Shown here one piece after another: positions 63,590 through 64,000 of a stretch of 64,000 nucleotides of DNA (position 1 is its first letter; each line of letters begins with the position of its first letter). The translations under genes were made by a program, and so were the position numbers. Under the pieces are notes generated by a model, which saw only the letters and a program-made list of their open reading frames with translations, had not been told where the DNA came from and did not search any database. Origin of the DNA: an uncultured delta proteobacterium. GTDB taxonomy: Bacteria; Myxococcota_A; Polyangia; Haliangiales; Haliangiaceae. The stretch is from the NCBI GenBank assembly GCA_963743525.1, contig CAVUQH010000002.1:224001-288000 (forward strand), given 5' to 3'.

Positions 63590-64000
63590 CTAGCGGTGCA
63601 GCGCGAAGGTGAGGCTACTCTTGCCCCCGGCCTTCACGGTGACCTTTTGCGACGGAGGCCTTGAGGTGCGAGTTCCACACGTCGATCTCGTAGGTGCCGG
63701 GCGGGACGTTGGCGGATGGTGAACGACCCATTCTTGCTTGACCGCCGCCGCGTACGGGTTCTGCCCGACGAAGACGTATCCGAGCATCTCCGGGTGCACG
63801 CCACACAGGAGGGTGAAGGTGCCCGTCTTGGCTGAAGGTCTGGGTCTTCGACCCGTTGAATCCCCACATGCCCAGATTGAAGCCAGCGTCCGGTGACATG
63901 ACGTTGTGCGACACGTGGTCGTGGTTGAGGAACTTGACCGAATCGCCGGCGGTGATCGTGAGGATGTGCGGCGAGAACTTCATGCCCTCCTGATCCTCGG
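63590..64000 (-). CDS. Cupredoxin-like + carboxypeptidase-regulatory-like protein (5' off window, several indels)
   Basis: MKFSPHILTITAGDSVKFLNHDHVSHNV...CGVHPEM type-1 copper ligands; homologous to 62449-62740. Confidence 0.65.

Overview
High-GC DNA with a typical Myxococcota gene inventory; the Haliangiales/Kofleriaceae-like placement is an inference. Most of the window is core chromosome: a FadL-type porin with a giant lipoprotein, two Ser/Thr kinases, cmk-rpsA-lapA-lapB-AI-2E, a Roadblock/DUF4350/MoxR/DUF58 operon, smc, ftsY, two GltA/GltB-like beta-barrels, a CglD-like integrin-beta/VWA lipoprotein, tamB plus an Omp85 gene, ygfZ and modBC. From ~56.5 kb there is an accessory block with a DUF4157 (eCIS-core) Zn-phospholipase C toxin candidate and a coupled lipoprotein. 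The most striking unexplained structure is a family of four non-coding hexamer arrays with invariant CGG plus a variable triplet. Two of them sit in inverted orientation around a small four-helix-bundle (23S-IVP/Avd-like) gene. That gene is also enclosed by a 9-bp inverted repeat and preceded by a long hairpin, giving a nested, fold-back ~1.5 kb cassette. A third array abuts a stand-alone RAYT-like HUH transposase and a REP-like hairpin, and a fourth is a solo copy. A TGTTTAGAGGAG+hairpin motif from the cassette recurs 22 kb away. Several single-base frameshifts and a probable chimeric junction near 62.75 kb suggest long-read consensus errors, so split genes are not called true pseudogenes.
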